DNA from: a bacterium | GTDB lineage: Bacteria; Patescibacteriota; CPR2; UBA1875; CAIMLA01 | Reading direction: 5' to 3' | Length of the DNA: 64,000 nucleotides | Assembly (NCBI GenBank): GCA_037129835.1 | Contig: JBAXUE010000006.1 | Span: 6,157 to 70,156, forward strand | Part shown: one piece after another, positions 1 to 12,670 of the stretch | How the letters are laid out: each line of letters begins with the position of its first letter | How positions within the stretch are numbered: the stretch's first letter is position 1 | The notes under the pieces: generated by a model | The model's input: only the letters and a program-made list of their open reading frames with translations | Told to the model about the DNA's origin: nothing | The model's database searches: none | Position numbers and translations under genes: made by a program

Positions 1-48
1 TCTTCCTGTCCACTAGAAAAGGGGCATTCACAGGCTTAATATATTTAA

Positions 49-336
49 ATGAAATCATATTATGTCTATATACTATCGAATAACAGTAACAGAGTTTTTT
101 ACACCGGTATTACTTCCAATCTGGTGAGAAGAGTATACGAGCACAGAAATAAACTTGTGGAGGGTTTTACTAGTAAATACAATCTAAGCAAACTAGTCTA
201 TTTCGAGGATACGGCTAGCGTTGAAACTGCTTTAGAACGAGAAAAGAAGCTAAAGAAGTGGAGACGCAACTTCAAGATAAATCTAATTTCCAAGACCAAC
301 CCAGATTGGCATGATTTGTACGATGATATAGTATGA
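49..336 (+). CDS. GIY-YIG nuclease family protein (small stand-alone, COG2827-like)
   Basis: 95-aa ORF with an N-terminal YYVYIL...GIT.N..RR..EH motif typical of the GIY-YIG catalytic core. The reading frame is clean. Confidence 0.8.
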   Translation: MKSYYVYILSNNSNRVFYTGITSNLVRRVYEHRNKLVEGFTSKYNLSKLVYFEDTASVETALEREKKLKKWRRNFKINLISKTNPDWHDLYDDIV

Positions 337-553
337 GAAGATCCCTGGTTTGCGGCCAGGGATGACAATGGGGGTTAGGATGACGGTGGGGTGATGGAGA
401 TCCTCGACCCCTTCTTTGCTCTTTGAGTTACGGGCGGGCAGGCAAGCTTGGGATGACGAAGGAGTAATACTCGGTCCGGCAGTTGCCGAACTTCGAACAA
501 TATAAAAGGAGCGCCTGAAACTAACTCAGGATGACGGTAAAGGAACCCCCCCC

Positions 554-3500
554 CTATCGCCCCATAAACCTATCGCCCAGCTTCCCAAAGAACTGATTAA
601 GCCGTCCGGTCCAAGCGAAAGTTTCTTCTAAAGACTTCAGAATAAGTTGCAGAATGGACTTCTCTTTGGTTGGTGTTACAAAGGTATAATCCTGTGATTC
701 AGTGATATTATTTCGTCTATCCTTAGATACCATCTTGTAGTGATAAGATGAAGCGGGTTTAAGCCCTTTGATAATAACTGTATGAGAATTATTGAGAGAG
801 GTATCTTCATTTGATTCATTGGAATAGTCATTTCCAAGGATTCCTTCACCATATTTTACTTGAGTAGAGGCTGGCTTGTTGGTCTGCCAAGAAACAATAA
901 TAGAAGACGTGGTATCACTTTCACCCATCGGTAATATATCCACCTTGGCATTAGTTATCTTTGGCCCTTCGGTATCTAGCGGAGTACGAATAATCTTGTC
1001 AGCATCAACTACTTCATTACCAGTCTCATCCTTGGCCACAATCTGATAATGATACTCTTGATTATCTAGAAGACTATCAACCTTAATCTGATGGGCCTTG
1101 GATACTCCTGTGATACCCCGCTTCTCACCATAAGCTGAGGTTACACCCCAATTAAGAATCGTCTCTGTATCAACATTTGTCTCCCAAGAGATTGTAACTG
1201 AATACGGAGTGACGTCTTTGACAGACATATTGCTTATTTTCGGTTTAATAACAGCCTTAAAAGAATACTCAGGTGACTGGTATTTAAAACCGTTTATATC
1301 TTCAGCAGCTACTATGTAATAATAAGTAGTCCCAGGAATTAAACCGGTTATTTGGATAACATGTCTGGTCGATATTTGATTATCAACAACTGAAAGATCC
1401 CTAGCACCAGGATATGTGCCATAATATACAGTCGCCTTAGTTGGTATAGCTGTTTCCCAGACTATCTGAGCCGTTGTGGCAGTGATGTTTCTGTCGGCAA
1501 TATTTGAAGCTTCGGGGGGGGCTGGTAAACTTACTAGAATCTGACTCAGAAGTCCAAAGCGATACCAGATTGTCTGTATAGGCGACATAACCATCAAGTG
1601 AGATAGCCTTTATCTTTACCAGGTAATTAGATGACGTGCGAAGTGGTGCGATATTCACCATATGGTCACAAAGTCTCACTTCTGCAATACTACCAGTACA
1701 AGAATACTTGCCCAGGTTACTTTCATTTATCGTAGCTGGTGTTTCGGCCTGTGAACCGTTATGTTCTCCGCTCGCTAAGGTATATTCTACAATATTCGTA
1801 TTTGATGGCATATTTGTAGACCAGTGAAGTTCTGCTGACATTGTAGACATCTTTGACTCTACTTGTTTATATGTAATAGTAAATTTTTCTGTCGATGCCC
1901 TTGGTAGAATATCATAAGATCCAACCCCACTATTTGAAGCAGTTGCCGCATTACCAAGTCTATTCCTGGAATATAGTGTATATTCATACTCAGTGCCTGG
2001 CTTAAGACCCTTGATTGTCGCTGTATGGCTTTTTGTAAATTCCGTATCTCCTGCTGCAACAAAAGCATCTTCCGTACCAGCTACCCTATATTCTACTAAT
2101 GAATCTGCGTCCTGATCAGTAACCCAATGCATAGTAAGTGACGAAACGCCCCTATACGTAATGGCTGCTTTTATGCCCCCGTTTCCTGATACTGGCATTA
2201 TTTTTGGCCAAGCATCAGTCGGATTTAAACTACCCATAGACTTATCGGTAACTTCACTTAGGTTATAAGGAGCTGTCATTACGCCATTACTAGTATAAGT
2301 ATTTATTGCCTGGCCACCGATATCTTTATCTCCAGTTTCGTCAGTTGTGCCATTATTAAAAACAAATACGGAACCAGAGTCGTCAACTGCTACTAATTTA
2401 TAGTAATATTCTTTATCGGCATCTACTCCTATCCCCAATCTATCTATGTAATAATTTGTACCAAGAGAAATTTCCTGATTTTCTGGATATGGAATATCTG
2501 GGTCTATGCTCCTGAGCGGGTTAGGGTTTTGCTCTGTACATTCTGTTGCTAAACCATAAGTACATATTTGCTCATAAAAAATTCCGGAAGTTATATCTAG
2601 TTCTCCTCCTGATCTATATATTCGGTATTCCTTAAAATCGTTAGCTCCTTTTCTCTTTGGAGTAGTTATTCTTTGCCAAGTAACAATATTCCGGTATTCA
2701 TTTGTTATATTAGGCGTAGAGGGGTCTTGGTCTGGGTGGATATCTTTTACATTTACACCTGTCACAATAGCTGGTTTAGTAACATCTGGAACAATATCCC
2801 AGCCGTAGCTTTGTATGGTATTAAACACCGTTGAGTGGCTTTGCGATTCTAGAACACCAGGAGATATCTCTGGATTTGTCCCCATTGCATATATTTCGTA
2901 TGTAAACTTGTCTGCATCCTGGCCGACTGGAATAGTATCAGTAAAGCAACGTGTCCCGTACTGCTTTGGCTCAAGCTCTCCATCACTGTCTGGGTCATAT
3001 TCTTTGTCAACCTGGAAAGGTGTTGTCATTTCGCCACAGCTAGGATCACCCGAATCTCTCGTATTACCTGGAATATTTAAACCAGTAACTCTAAATTGGG
3101 TTAGTTCTATAGGGGTTGGCTCAGATTCACTATAACGAAACACCTTATAGCCAGTAATAAAATTACCAACATCTTTTATAGTCGAACCTACATACTTTAC
3201 CTTTATGTCTTTTCCAACCCTCGTATTTGATATGTTTGGATCGCCACGGACTGCCTCTACGTTGACATAATATGGTGGATTCGGATATTTATCAGATAAG
3301 GTCTCTTTTTTCTCCGCATTAGAATCAATCGCTAAAGGATTATTGTTATTACTCAGATCATAAGCCTTGATCTTGAACCAATAATAAAATGGATTTGTGG
3401 AATCTTTGGGATCTAAGTCCAAAATAGCTGCCGTAGTATTAGTTCCATTTTCCTGGACCCTATAATCTTCGTAGGGTCCCGAAGAATCGCCCTTCGCATA

Positions 3501-6500
3501 ATAAATTTCGTATTTTTTTATTCCTGTTCCGTTGCCTTTAGGTAAACGGGTTAGATTATTCAAATCGCTTGCTGCATTCCAAGATAGATTGATCTGCTGT
3601 CTATTATTCGGGTCTAACCCCACGGCTGACAATTCTATTCCAGCCTCTGCGTCACAAGCTGTCAGATTTCCACTGCTATCATAGTGCGCCCAACAAGGAG
3701 CGGTTACATCTTTTGTCGTTGCAGAAGTGGCATTATTCATAATCAAATCATCATCAAAGGATTCACTAATAATATTTAACAAAGGTGTTCCATTAGCATC
3801 ATACTCAAATTGATTTCCATATATATCAATCGCCATTATCCGATAATAATATTTGGTATTATCGTTCAATCGGTCTACGGCTGTTCTGGCTGGTTTTATA
3901 ATCCGTTGTTCCTCCAATGGATCACTACCACTACCCATATCTATCAATATAGTTTTTGTTACTTCTGTTTGTAAGTTTGTATCATTATCGGTGTAATCAA
4001 GACTACCGCCTGCATCATTATATCCGACTAATAAATAATCATTAAAGTTACTACTGGCCGGTACAGTAGTTCGATAATATAAATAGCCCAAAACTCCACT
4101 AGAATCACTAGGAAGGTTCAGCGGGTCTAAGGAAATCTTGATAGAAAAGTCTTCCGTACCAGACGTAGCTGTGACATTTTTTGCAAAAGTAGGTGGATTA
4201 ATGTCTACAGTGGAAATACTTAGATGCCACTTTGAAGATGTTTGCCAACTACTACGGTTACCTACGTTATCCCAGACTCGGACTCTATATGTGTAGTCTT
4301 CTGAAGGGATAATCAGATGTTTTGGGTCGGTCGAATCAACACTATCAACAAAGTCTGTTAATTGTGAATTTGAAATATTCGGGAATGATTGATATCCACA
4401 ATCTTCTTCCATAGTGACATTCAAAGCATCTTCTGGACAACTGTCCCAATCGTTTGAGATAACAGTCCTTACGTCCCCTGTTTCCATCAAAAATTTGCTC
4501 TTGATCCGTTGTATCTCATATTTTTCTGTTGGGGACTCTTTATAAGAAGAAAGAGGGTCTACTGAGCCAGACATAGCATTTGTGTCATTATACAAACGAC
4601 TGTTTAGCCAACCCAGCTTAACATAGTCTGTATTCGACTCAGAAATGCTTATGCCAAAATTGGAATCTTTTACAGAAGATGGTGAATTTACATCATATCC
4701 GTAATACCAGCTCTCAGAAGAGCTCGTGGTATTACCACCAAAGTCTACTGCAGTCACTTTCCACTTATGATTACCGTTTGAGAGGACGGCCTGAGCTGTA
4801 GTCGATAGAGTAGTGGAAATTTTTATCTCTTTTTCACCAACATCTGTTATATCTCCATCAGAATTCTTATCTATCCAAAGCCAATATTCTTTGATCCCTA
4901 TAGTATCACCCGCAGCAGCCCACTCAAAAATAGGGTTATTATCTGTCCCCGACCACTGAGTGGTAGGACTCACTAGCGAGAAAGCAGTAGGGGGCTCTGC
5001 GTCGAGTGTAATAGAACGAGAAGTAAGCGCAGAACTCTCATTTCCTGCCGAATCAGTAAACTTAATATATACATTCTTTGCACTTATATTAGAGTTGCTA
5101 CCGCAGCCTGCATCACTCAAATCTACAGAAACTATATTGCTATCTCTACCAGAGACAAAACTACTTCCCGAAATAGTTGTCGTGTTGCACCAACTGGTCC
5201 CATCTAAAGATATTTTATAGTTAGCAAGATTTGAACCTCCAGTATCAGTAGCTGTAACATTGAGTCGAACGGTGTTGCTGTTACTGTATGTTGTACCGTT
5301 TGTAGCAGGGGTAATAACATTACCGCTCGTATCCCAAAAGCCACTAATAGTACTGGTAGGACCCGTACTATCTACCGTGACAGCAAACTGATTACCAGCA
5401 ACATTTTCGTTTCCTCCATTAGATGAGTTATCAACTCCCCTAACTGTGTAATAGTACGTCGTATCCGTAGGAGCTGTATCTGAATAAGAAGTACCTGTCA
5501 CAACACCAGCGGTGGATATCATCGTACCAAGTTGCCCGCTAGTAGCACTACGGTATACATTATAGCTAGCAACACTGGTCGCATTGTCTGTAGCTGCTGT
5601 CCAATGGAGAGAAACTGGATTCTTAGTAGCACTCGCACCGGTAAGCTCAGCGTGTAAGTCAGAAATGGTTGTTGGTGGCTGCGAATCTACTGCAAAAGAT
5701 GTAGTTGATACTGATGTTGATAGTTCCGCCTTGTCCTTAGCAGTTATACGAACTTTCACATTACTAGAATCAACAGCCGTCGGCAATGTCCAGCTATAGC
5801 TTCCTGAGTTGGCTATATTGGAAACTATATTTGTATAATTCGCACCATTATCAGTTGTATAGTCCAAAGTAATAGGCAGCGCCTTTAAGCCAGAGCTAGC
5901 ATCTGTAATCTTGGTCGTATCCCAAGTAATGTTCTTGGTAGTGCCACCCTTCCATTTTTCACTCCCAACTGGAGAGGTTATGGCTCCAGAAGCAACTGCA
6001 GGTACTGTGGTATCAAGGGTAAGAGAAGTCCTCGAGAATGTCTCTATAGAAATATCAAAAAGGCTTGGAGTGCTAACACCACCAGTAAGAGTCGCTTGAT
6101 ATTGAATATATTGCTTTCCATCAAAGGCATCCAGACTGCTCCCGTACACTACGGCTGAAGCAGCGCCCCAGGGGACATCTGAGAAATCTGATAAATTACT
6201 AGCCCTAACTTTTAAAGTAATCCCCGTACCAGCAGGACCGCCGTTTGCAGCGACAGATTGGGTAAGATTGAGCTTACCGTAAGCGATATTCGTCGTCGTA
6301 GCATTATTGACAGAAGAAGTAAAAATCCCAGATAACATGTAAATAGGTGCGCTATCGGCGACGCAACGTACATTGAGTACGTAGCTGGTTTTATTTACAA
6401 CCCCTTCATAGTTTGAGGCAAAATTATAAGCATACGCTTCGGTAGCATTTACCGACTCTGATGTCCAATAAGCGCCATAATTAATACTTAAACCACTAAA

Positions 6501-9089
6501 GTTATTCCCATATGTTGTTAGTCGACCGTTATAGATCTCATGAATTTCGGCTCTGTTGGGTAGCCGTCCGGGGCCCGTGATCGATGAACAAGTAGTGCCG
6601 GCTGCGTACCAGTTTGACGCAGACGAATCCTGATAATATACATACTTTCCGGCTAAAGCTGTACCACTTCTCCCGGCTGTCCAGACTGTGTTACTACCAA
6701 GGACGATCGTTCCGCCCGTAGATACTACATTGCTCAATTCTGGATATGGTGTTCTGGCTGTAAAATCAGCGTCACTGGTCTGACGGAACGCAATTACATT
6801 CCCCGCCTTATCCATCACCTGGGCATAGACATTCCTTGCACCATCGGTACCGCTATCTTTGGCACCTTTTATAAGATTCCAAGGATAAGTACCTGCCACA
6901 TCATAAGGCATCCAACAAACAGAATTTACCGTGTCCCAATATTTCGGTGTGGTACAGTTGCCCACATTGTCAGTGACTAATCCTGCGGAATCCGTAACCG
7001 TGCCCCAGCTTGAGCCATTATTTGAAAATCTAACATAAAGATTGGCAGGTAAAGGTGAAGATTTCACTGTCCCTGTGTCTGCAGCTGTGAGGTTGAGAGT
7101 AACTTCCTGGCTTTTGGCATACTTGGAACCACTTACGTCTGTAACATTACTACCAGTAACTGTAAAGGCTGATACAGCCGGAGAGTCCTGTTCTACTATA
7201 AATGTACCAGTGACATCACTCCATGGGCTCTGTACTCCAGCGCTATCTGTAAACCTTGCTTTCCAATAATAAGTATTACCCGATGTGAGTCCCGAAACAG
7301 TCGCTGTCAGGTTTGCTTGGTCTACATTGATAGTACCAGCTACTGTCGGATTAGAAATCGTAACACCACTTGGTACACCCGCTATTCCAGTGAAGCTTGA
7401 ACTTGTTTTTAACTCGATCTGTGGGGTGATAGCACCACTTGCTGTCGGGATACCGTTGAATACTAGCTTGGCAGTGGTTTCGTTAGTCGCGCCAGTGCTA
7501 ATAACCATGTCATTACTTTTTTTCGTAGTCAAAGTGGTCGGTTTTTCTGCTTCATTCCAGTTCAATTTGAGACTACTCAGAGTTGGAGTACCAAGTCCAG
7601 TAGAAGACTCAAGGCGCACCATTATATCAGCGTATCTGGCATTAGGCACACTCGCAGGTATAGTGTTTGAAACATTTGTATCGCCAGCAATACTACTGGT
7701 GCCAAAATAATTTGTTGTCCAAACATTCATATCTGAGACTACCCCATTTGGGCCATACCAGATAGCGGTATTGAATTCATCCTGTGGGCCATTGCCATTT
7801 GTATCAGCTGCCACAACGCGCAATCTGTATTTAACTGCTTCATTAGTCGCGACAGTATATACAGGCTCAAAAGTCGTAAACTTCGTAAGAAGAGCACCGA
7901 CTGTGGTACCTGTATCCAACCTGAGGCCAATATTTCCGACTGCAGTACCACCCATAACAGCTGGGGACTGGGATAGTAGGTTGCTGCCGGCCACTGGATA
8001 CTGACTTATATAATATATTTTGACTATGCCAGGACCGCTCGCACCACCATAACTGACACCATTTGCACCAACATTTATACTGAGGGTTACGCCAGCAATC
8101 GCACCGCTGATAGTACCGGAGATCAGACCGCCATAGCCGCCATTACCACCACTACCACCCGAACCAGTACCACCCGTTCCCCCTGCACTACCACCACCCG
8201 ATATATTGGCCGTTAGTGTTAGTCCTGTTGAGTTTGAAATGCTTGTCTGTCCAGGTAATCCGTCGTCACCCGCAGCACCATCGGGACCATAATCTCCTCC
8301 GCCTCCTCCAGTTCCACCCCCTGCTGTATATGTGATTCCGTTATAAGAAATACTGGATGGCCCTCCGGTTCCACCACCTCTACCAGCATAATGAGAATTA
8401 TAAGAACCGCCTGCCTCGCCGCCGCCGCCGCCAGCCCCATATATTTCTAGTGTCATCAAAGATACGTCGTTAGGAACAACAAATGTTTGGTCAGACCCAA
8501 CATTAAATATCTTTGTAAGAGTCGAGTAAATGCGGACGTTGTCGTCATTACCTGCGTCTCCGGGATCAATAGTCTTACCATTTCCAGACACTATCGCCTT
8601 TGTATTATTCGTAATAGCTGCCGTGGCTCCATCGTTGTTAGTAAAATCTTCTTTGGTAGTCCAAGTCTTCGAACTAGATTTTGCCAATGCGGCAGTAGGG
8701 TCAAATTGTTTAGTTTGTTGCATAAACAATAATACTATCAAAGCGACAGCAACACTGACATATGCCCCTCTTCTTATATGTTTGGGCTGGACACGTCGTA
8801 CTTTTGTTTTATTAACGACACCAGGACTAGCTTGTACGTGAATATTAGACTGATTTGTTGTATCTCTCGTTTTATTTAAAAATAATGGTATATGCAACCG
8901 GCTAAAGAAATTGCTTATTTCCCTAAACCACAAGTATGGTCTGTGAAATATATCGATAGCAATAAGCTTAATTTTCTTAAAATTATGCTTGGATAATCTT
9001 GATTTTCCTACATTAAAATAACCGTTGGTAGGCAGCCTCCTTAAAGCTCTAAGTCTTATCCTACTTGCATGAGCTTTATAAGGTTTCAT
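554..9089 (-). pseudogene. Giant (~2,890 aa if repaired) surface protein, paralog of 53214..62531, interrupted by a +/-1 frameshift inside a G8 homopolymer at 1514..1521
   Basis: ORFs 1437..9089 and 554..1597 overlap. Alignment to the paralog shows the correct frame switches exactly at the poly-G (…SKFTSPP / LPAPPEASNIADRN… against paralog …FTLAPASSNVAERN…). The protein has an N-terminal basic tail and one TM segment (VSVAVALIVLLF), a Gly-rich region, a DUF1566/Lcl-like segment (RLPNRAEIHEIYN…RCV), and many Fn3/Ig-like repeats. Its C-terminal ~350 aa are about 90% identical to the paralog. Confidence 0.75.
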
Positions 9090-9147
9090 TACCCTCGCCT
9101 ATTATAGATATATGATAATATATTATTATGCTGATGCAAAGAGTTTT

Positions 9148-10509
9148 TTATAGTTCAAAAACTGCTTCTTTAAACTGATTTCCTCTATCTTTATAGTTCT
9201 CAAATAAACCAAACGAAGCGGAGGCTGGTGAAAGTAGCACCACATCCCCTGATTCTGCCAGTTTCTCTACTTTTGTGATAATCTCTGACATTTTCGTCAA
9301 ACCCTCTACAATCTGTCCGTCGAACGCCTCCGGAATAGACTTTTTTATCTCTTCTGCCGTATCACCGATAATAATAATGGCTTTCACATTCGCATTGGCG
9401 ATCTTCTTGCCAAGCGCGGTAAAATCAGACTTCTTGCTGCTACCACCAGCGATGAGAATGATTGGTTCTGAAAACGAATCTAAGGCCGCTATTGCCGTCT
9501 CAGGCACAGTCGAGAAGCTATCGTTATAGTATTTAACGCCATTATGCGCCCTAACGAACTCTAGCCTATGCTCTAGACCCATAAAACCGATGAGGGTGTC
9601 AGTGACCACATCCAAGGAAACTCCCGCCACAGAGGCTGCAAGCACGGCAGCAGTAGCGTTCTCAAGATTATGTCTGCCCCTAAGCTGAAGATCGCTCGCT
9701 TTTACCCCCATTCTTTCGTTCTGATCATAATTGAGAACAATCTCATCTTTATCATTTACAAAACACCCGGCAACCTCTTTGAATCTACTAAAATATAGCT
9801 TATGAGATTTTGTCGCTTTTGTCATTTCTTTTGGAATATCATAATCGGCATTTATAACCGCATAATCACTTTCCTTTTGGAACCTTACGATATTCGCCTT
9901 TGATTGGCGATACTCTTCGGTATCTTTGTGATAATCTAGATGCTCACTTGTGACGTTGAGAAGTACTGCGATTTGAGGACTTTTTCTTGCTACTTGGAGC
10001 TGGAAAGAAGATAGCTCGAGAACCACTATAGAATCCACTTTCAAATCGTCTATAAAGGAAATAGCTGGAATGCCGATATTTCCACCGAGAAATACATCTC
10101 TGCCAGCGTGCTTCAGCATCTGATATATCATTGTCGATGTAGTGCCCTTACCTTTTGTCCCAGTAACGCCGATGATCGGCACCGGACAAAGGTCAAAGAA
10201 ATCCTCAATCTGGCTAGTAAATATAGTTCCATTCTTCTCGGCTTTTAAGATTTCTGGAATAAGAGGTGAAATCCCGGGGGTTTTATAGACAACATCAAAT
10301 TCTCCTAGGTGTTGTAGATAATCATCACCAAGAATAAGATTTTCTTCGATATATCTAGGATTTTTCTTAATGAAATCATTTCTAGACAACTTATCACAGA
10401 TGGTCGCGCTTATACCGTTTTTTTTCAAATATTCAAAAGTCGCCTGACCTTCAATACCAAAGCCAAGAACGCAAACTTGCTGATCTTTATATTTCTCGTA
10501 TAACTGCAT
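9148..10509 (-). CDS. murD: UDP-N-acetylmuramoyl-L-alanine--D-glutamate ligase
   Basis: N-terminal Rossmann motif VLGFGIEGQA, P-loop GVTGTKGKGTT, LGGNIGIP, and a MurD-like C-terminus SPASASFGLFENYKDRG. It lies next to murI, which makes D-Glu. Confidence 0.9.
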   Translation of the reverse strand: MQLYEKYKDQQVCVLGFGIEGQATFEYLKKNGISATICDKLSRNDFIKKNPRYIEENLILGDDYLQHLGEFDVVYKTPGISPLIPEILKAEKNGTIFTSQIEDFFDLCPVPIIGVTGTKGKGTTSTMIYQMLKHAGRDVFLGGNIGIPAISFIDDLKVDSIVVLELSSFQLQVARKSPQIAVLLNVTSEHLDYHKDTEEYRQSKANIVRFQKESDYAVINADYDIPKEMTKATKSHKLYFSRFKEVAGCFVNDKDEIVLNYDQNERMGVKASDLQLRGRHNLENATAAVLAASVAGVSLDVVTDTLIGFMGLEHRLEFVRAHNGVKYYNDSFSTVPETAIAALDSFSEPIILIAGGSSKKSDFTALGKKIANANVKAIIIIGDTAEEIKKSIPEAFDGQIVEGLTKMSEIITKVEKLAESGDVVLLSPASASFGLFENYKDRGNQFKEAVFEL

Positions 10510-11224
10510 TTTTATATCCTACTACATTTACCAGAAAATCGTCGAATTTTTCAATTTCGCCAGTAACAAAAAAGGTGGATTCACCAAACGAAATATTTTC
10601 CGACACCTCCAAAACTCTACGTGCGACGGCTTCTGAAGGTTCAATAAAAGTAACTTCTGGAAATGATTGAACAAACATCTCTTTAATAAAATACAAATGG
10701 GTACAACCAAGGACTATTATCTTTACATCTTCATGCAAAAAAGGTTCTATGGCAGCCTGTAAGTCATCCCTATTAATTTCTTGATAGTCGTTTTCTACCA
10801 AGTCGATAATCTTTGCGTCATAATGTTTATATAACGTAGACCCCGGTGCCAGTTTTTCACTTTTGTGGGTTGCTACAGTTTTTTTTGTAGCCAAAATACC
10901 GATCTTGCCTGAATAATTTAGATCATAAGCCACCTTCACGGCTGGCTCGACACCAACAAAGGTTACTAATGGATAGTTATCTCGCAGGTATTTTATAGTA
11001 GAAACTGTAGCGCTGTTACATGCAACAACTACTGTACCCGCACCCTGACTAATCAAAAAGTCAGTCGCTTTAGTTACTATCCGGAGTAACTCCTCTTGTG
11101 ACTTATCTCCATAAGGGAAGTTCGCACTATCCGAAAGATATAAGATTTCTGCTTCTGGACGGATTTTTTTTAGCTCACAAAAAACCGAGAGACCTCCAAC
11201 TCCAGAATCAAATATACCTATCAT
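10487..11224 (-). CDS. murI: Glutamate racemase
   Basis: IGIFDSGVGGLSV, the VVACNSAT and GCTHLY cysteine motifs, and 245 aa are all typical of MurI. It overlaps murD by 23 nt, so the true start may be downstream. Confidence 0.88.
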   Translation of the reverse strand: MIGIFDSGVGGLSVFCELKKIRPEAEILYLSDSANFPYGDKSQEELLRIVTKATDFLISQGAGTVVVACNSATVSTIKYLRDNYPLVTFVGVEPAVKVAYDLNYSGKIGILATKKTVATHKSEKLAPGSTLYKHYDAKIIDLVENDYQEINRDDLQAAIEPFLHEDVKIIVLGCTHLYFIKEMFVQSFPEVTFIEPSEAVARRVLEVSENISFGESTFFVTGEIEKFDDFLVNVVGYKNAVIREI

Positions 11225-12670
11225 TTATATACCCAAAAGTAAAAATATAATAAGTGCGATAGCAGATATCCCCATAAGAACTGTCGCTATCCAACCCCAG
11301 ATATTCACCCACCTAGGATTTGTAAACTGCCCCATAATCTTCTTATCTCGACCTATTTTAAAGATAAAGAACATCAAAATAGGAGCAATAGTGCCATTGA
11401 CTATCGCTGCGAAGTAAAGAGCCTTTATCGGACTAATTCCGATGAAATTCATCGCTAGTCCTAGTAGCATTGAGACGATAATTACTCCATAAAAGCCTCT
11501 GGCTCTAGAAAATTTGCGGTTGAGTCCCTCGCGCCACTTGAAAAGCTCAGAAATTGCATAAGCTGAAGCACCGGCAAGTACAGGGACTGCCAAAAGACCA
11601 ACTCCAAAGATACCAATTGTAAATAATAATTTTGCAATGAAGCCGGCATTAGGAAAGGCCGTCACCAAAGGCTCAAGCGCCTTCGCAGCGTCTGCCGCGG
11701 TCTCCAAAGTGACACCGTTCTTGAAAAATACAGAAGCGGTGGTAATGATGATGAAGAGAAAAACGATATTGGCAAGAGCCATCCCCGTAAAGGTATCCTT
11801 GCGCATCTCTTTGATCTCTCTTTTGGTCGCAGAAACCTGATGGTCGGAGAGAATACCTTTGTCGCGTTCTTCTTCTACCTCTTCTGAAGCTTGCCAAAAA
11901 AAGAGATAAGGAGTGATAGTGGTGCCCATTACGGCAACCATTGCAGCGAGAAAAGCTACATTTAGCTCAATATGCGGTATCGCAATACTCTGGAATACGG
12001 CTATCCAATCTGGACGAACAATAAAACCAGTGACGATATAAGCAACAAGTGACAAAGTAAGCCATTTTAAGATTTTTGCATACTTGTGATACGGCATAAG
12101 CACTTCAAGCAGGATCATCGCAATTGTAAGTATTATGGCTCCTAAAGAGAAAGGAACAGCAGGTACAATCAACTGAAAAGAGGCAACCATAGCACCAATA
12201 TCGGCGCCGATATTTACTGTATTGGCAATCAAAAGAAGTACGATAAGTGGATATAATATCTTGCGTCCATAGTGCTTGCCTATTGCACCTGCAAGTCCTT
12301 TTTCTGTAACTATTCCGATGCGAGCAACAGTTTCTTGAACTGCCGTCATCATTGGAAGCAGATAAACCGCCAACCAAGAAAGTCCCAAGCCGTAATTGGA
12401 TCCTGCAAGCGAATATGTGCCTATTCCAGAAGGATCGTCATCTGAAGCTCCCGTAATAACACCGGGACCGAGAGTCTTTAAATAAGAAACCTGGTGTTTT
12501 TTCTTTTCAGTTTTTGGGAGAGAAAGATATTTATTGAGTTCAAGTTCGGATATGAGTAATTTTCTCTCTTCTTCTGCTGGCTCGATAAGATGTTTGCGCA
12601 ACAAAAAAGATAACTTCCTAGCCGAGATGCCAAGCTGTTTTTCCGCTTCTTTGAGTGTATAATTTTTCAT
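11225..12670 (-). CDS. NRAMP-family divalent metal (Mn2+/Fe2+) transporter with an N-terminal HTH-like extension
   Basis: GPGVITGASDDDPSGIGTYSLAGS is the NRAMP signature and the body is multi-TM. The first ~60 aa (LKEAEKQLGISARKLSFLLRK) look like a MerR/HTH segment fused in frame. Confidence 0.8.
   Translation of the reverse strand: MKNYTLKEAEKQLGISARKLSFLLRKHLIEPAEEERKLLISELELNKYLSLPKTEKKKHQVSYLKTLGPGVITGASDDDPSGIGTYSLAGSNYGLGLSWLAVYLLPMMTAVQETVARIGIVTEKGLAGAIGKHYGRKILYPLIVLLLIANTVNIGADIGAMVASFQLIVPAVPFSLGAIILTIAMILLEVLMPYHKYAKILKWLTLSLVAYIVTGFIVRPDWIAVFQSIAIPHIELNVAFLAAMVAVMGTTITPYLFFWQASEEVEEERDKGILSDHQVSATKREIKEMRKDTFTGMALANIVFLFIIITTASVFFKNGVTLETAADAAKALEPLVTAFPNAGFIAKLLFTIGIFGVGLLAVPVLAGASAYAISELFKWREGLNRKFSRARGFYGVIIVSMLLGLAMNFIGISPIKALYFAAIVNGTIAPILMFFIFKIGRDKKIMGQFTNPRWVNIWGWIATVLMGISAIALIIFLLLGI

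Noticed and set aside
1636-8841. Numerous 60–140-aa ORFs on the plus strand inside the giant gene (e.g. 2815..3135, 7285..7710, 8530..8841)
   Set aside because: They are antisense to an 8.5-kb ORF whose repeat-domain architecture matches an intact paralog. They have no RBS or motifs and are the frames expected to stay open by chance opposite a long low-stop-content gene.
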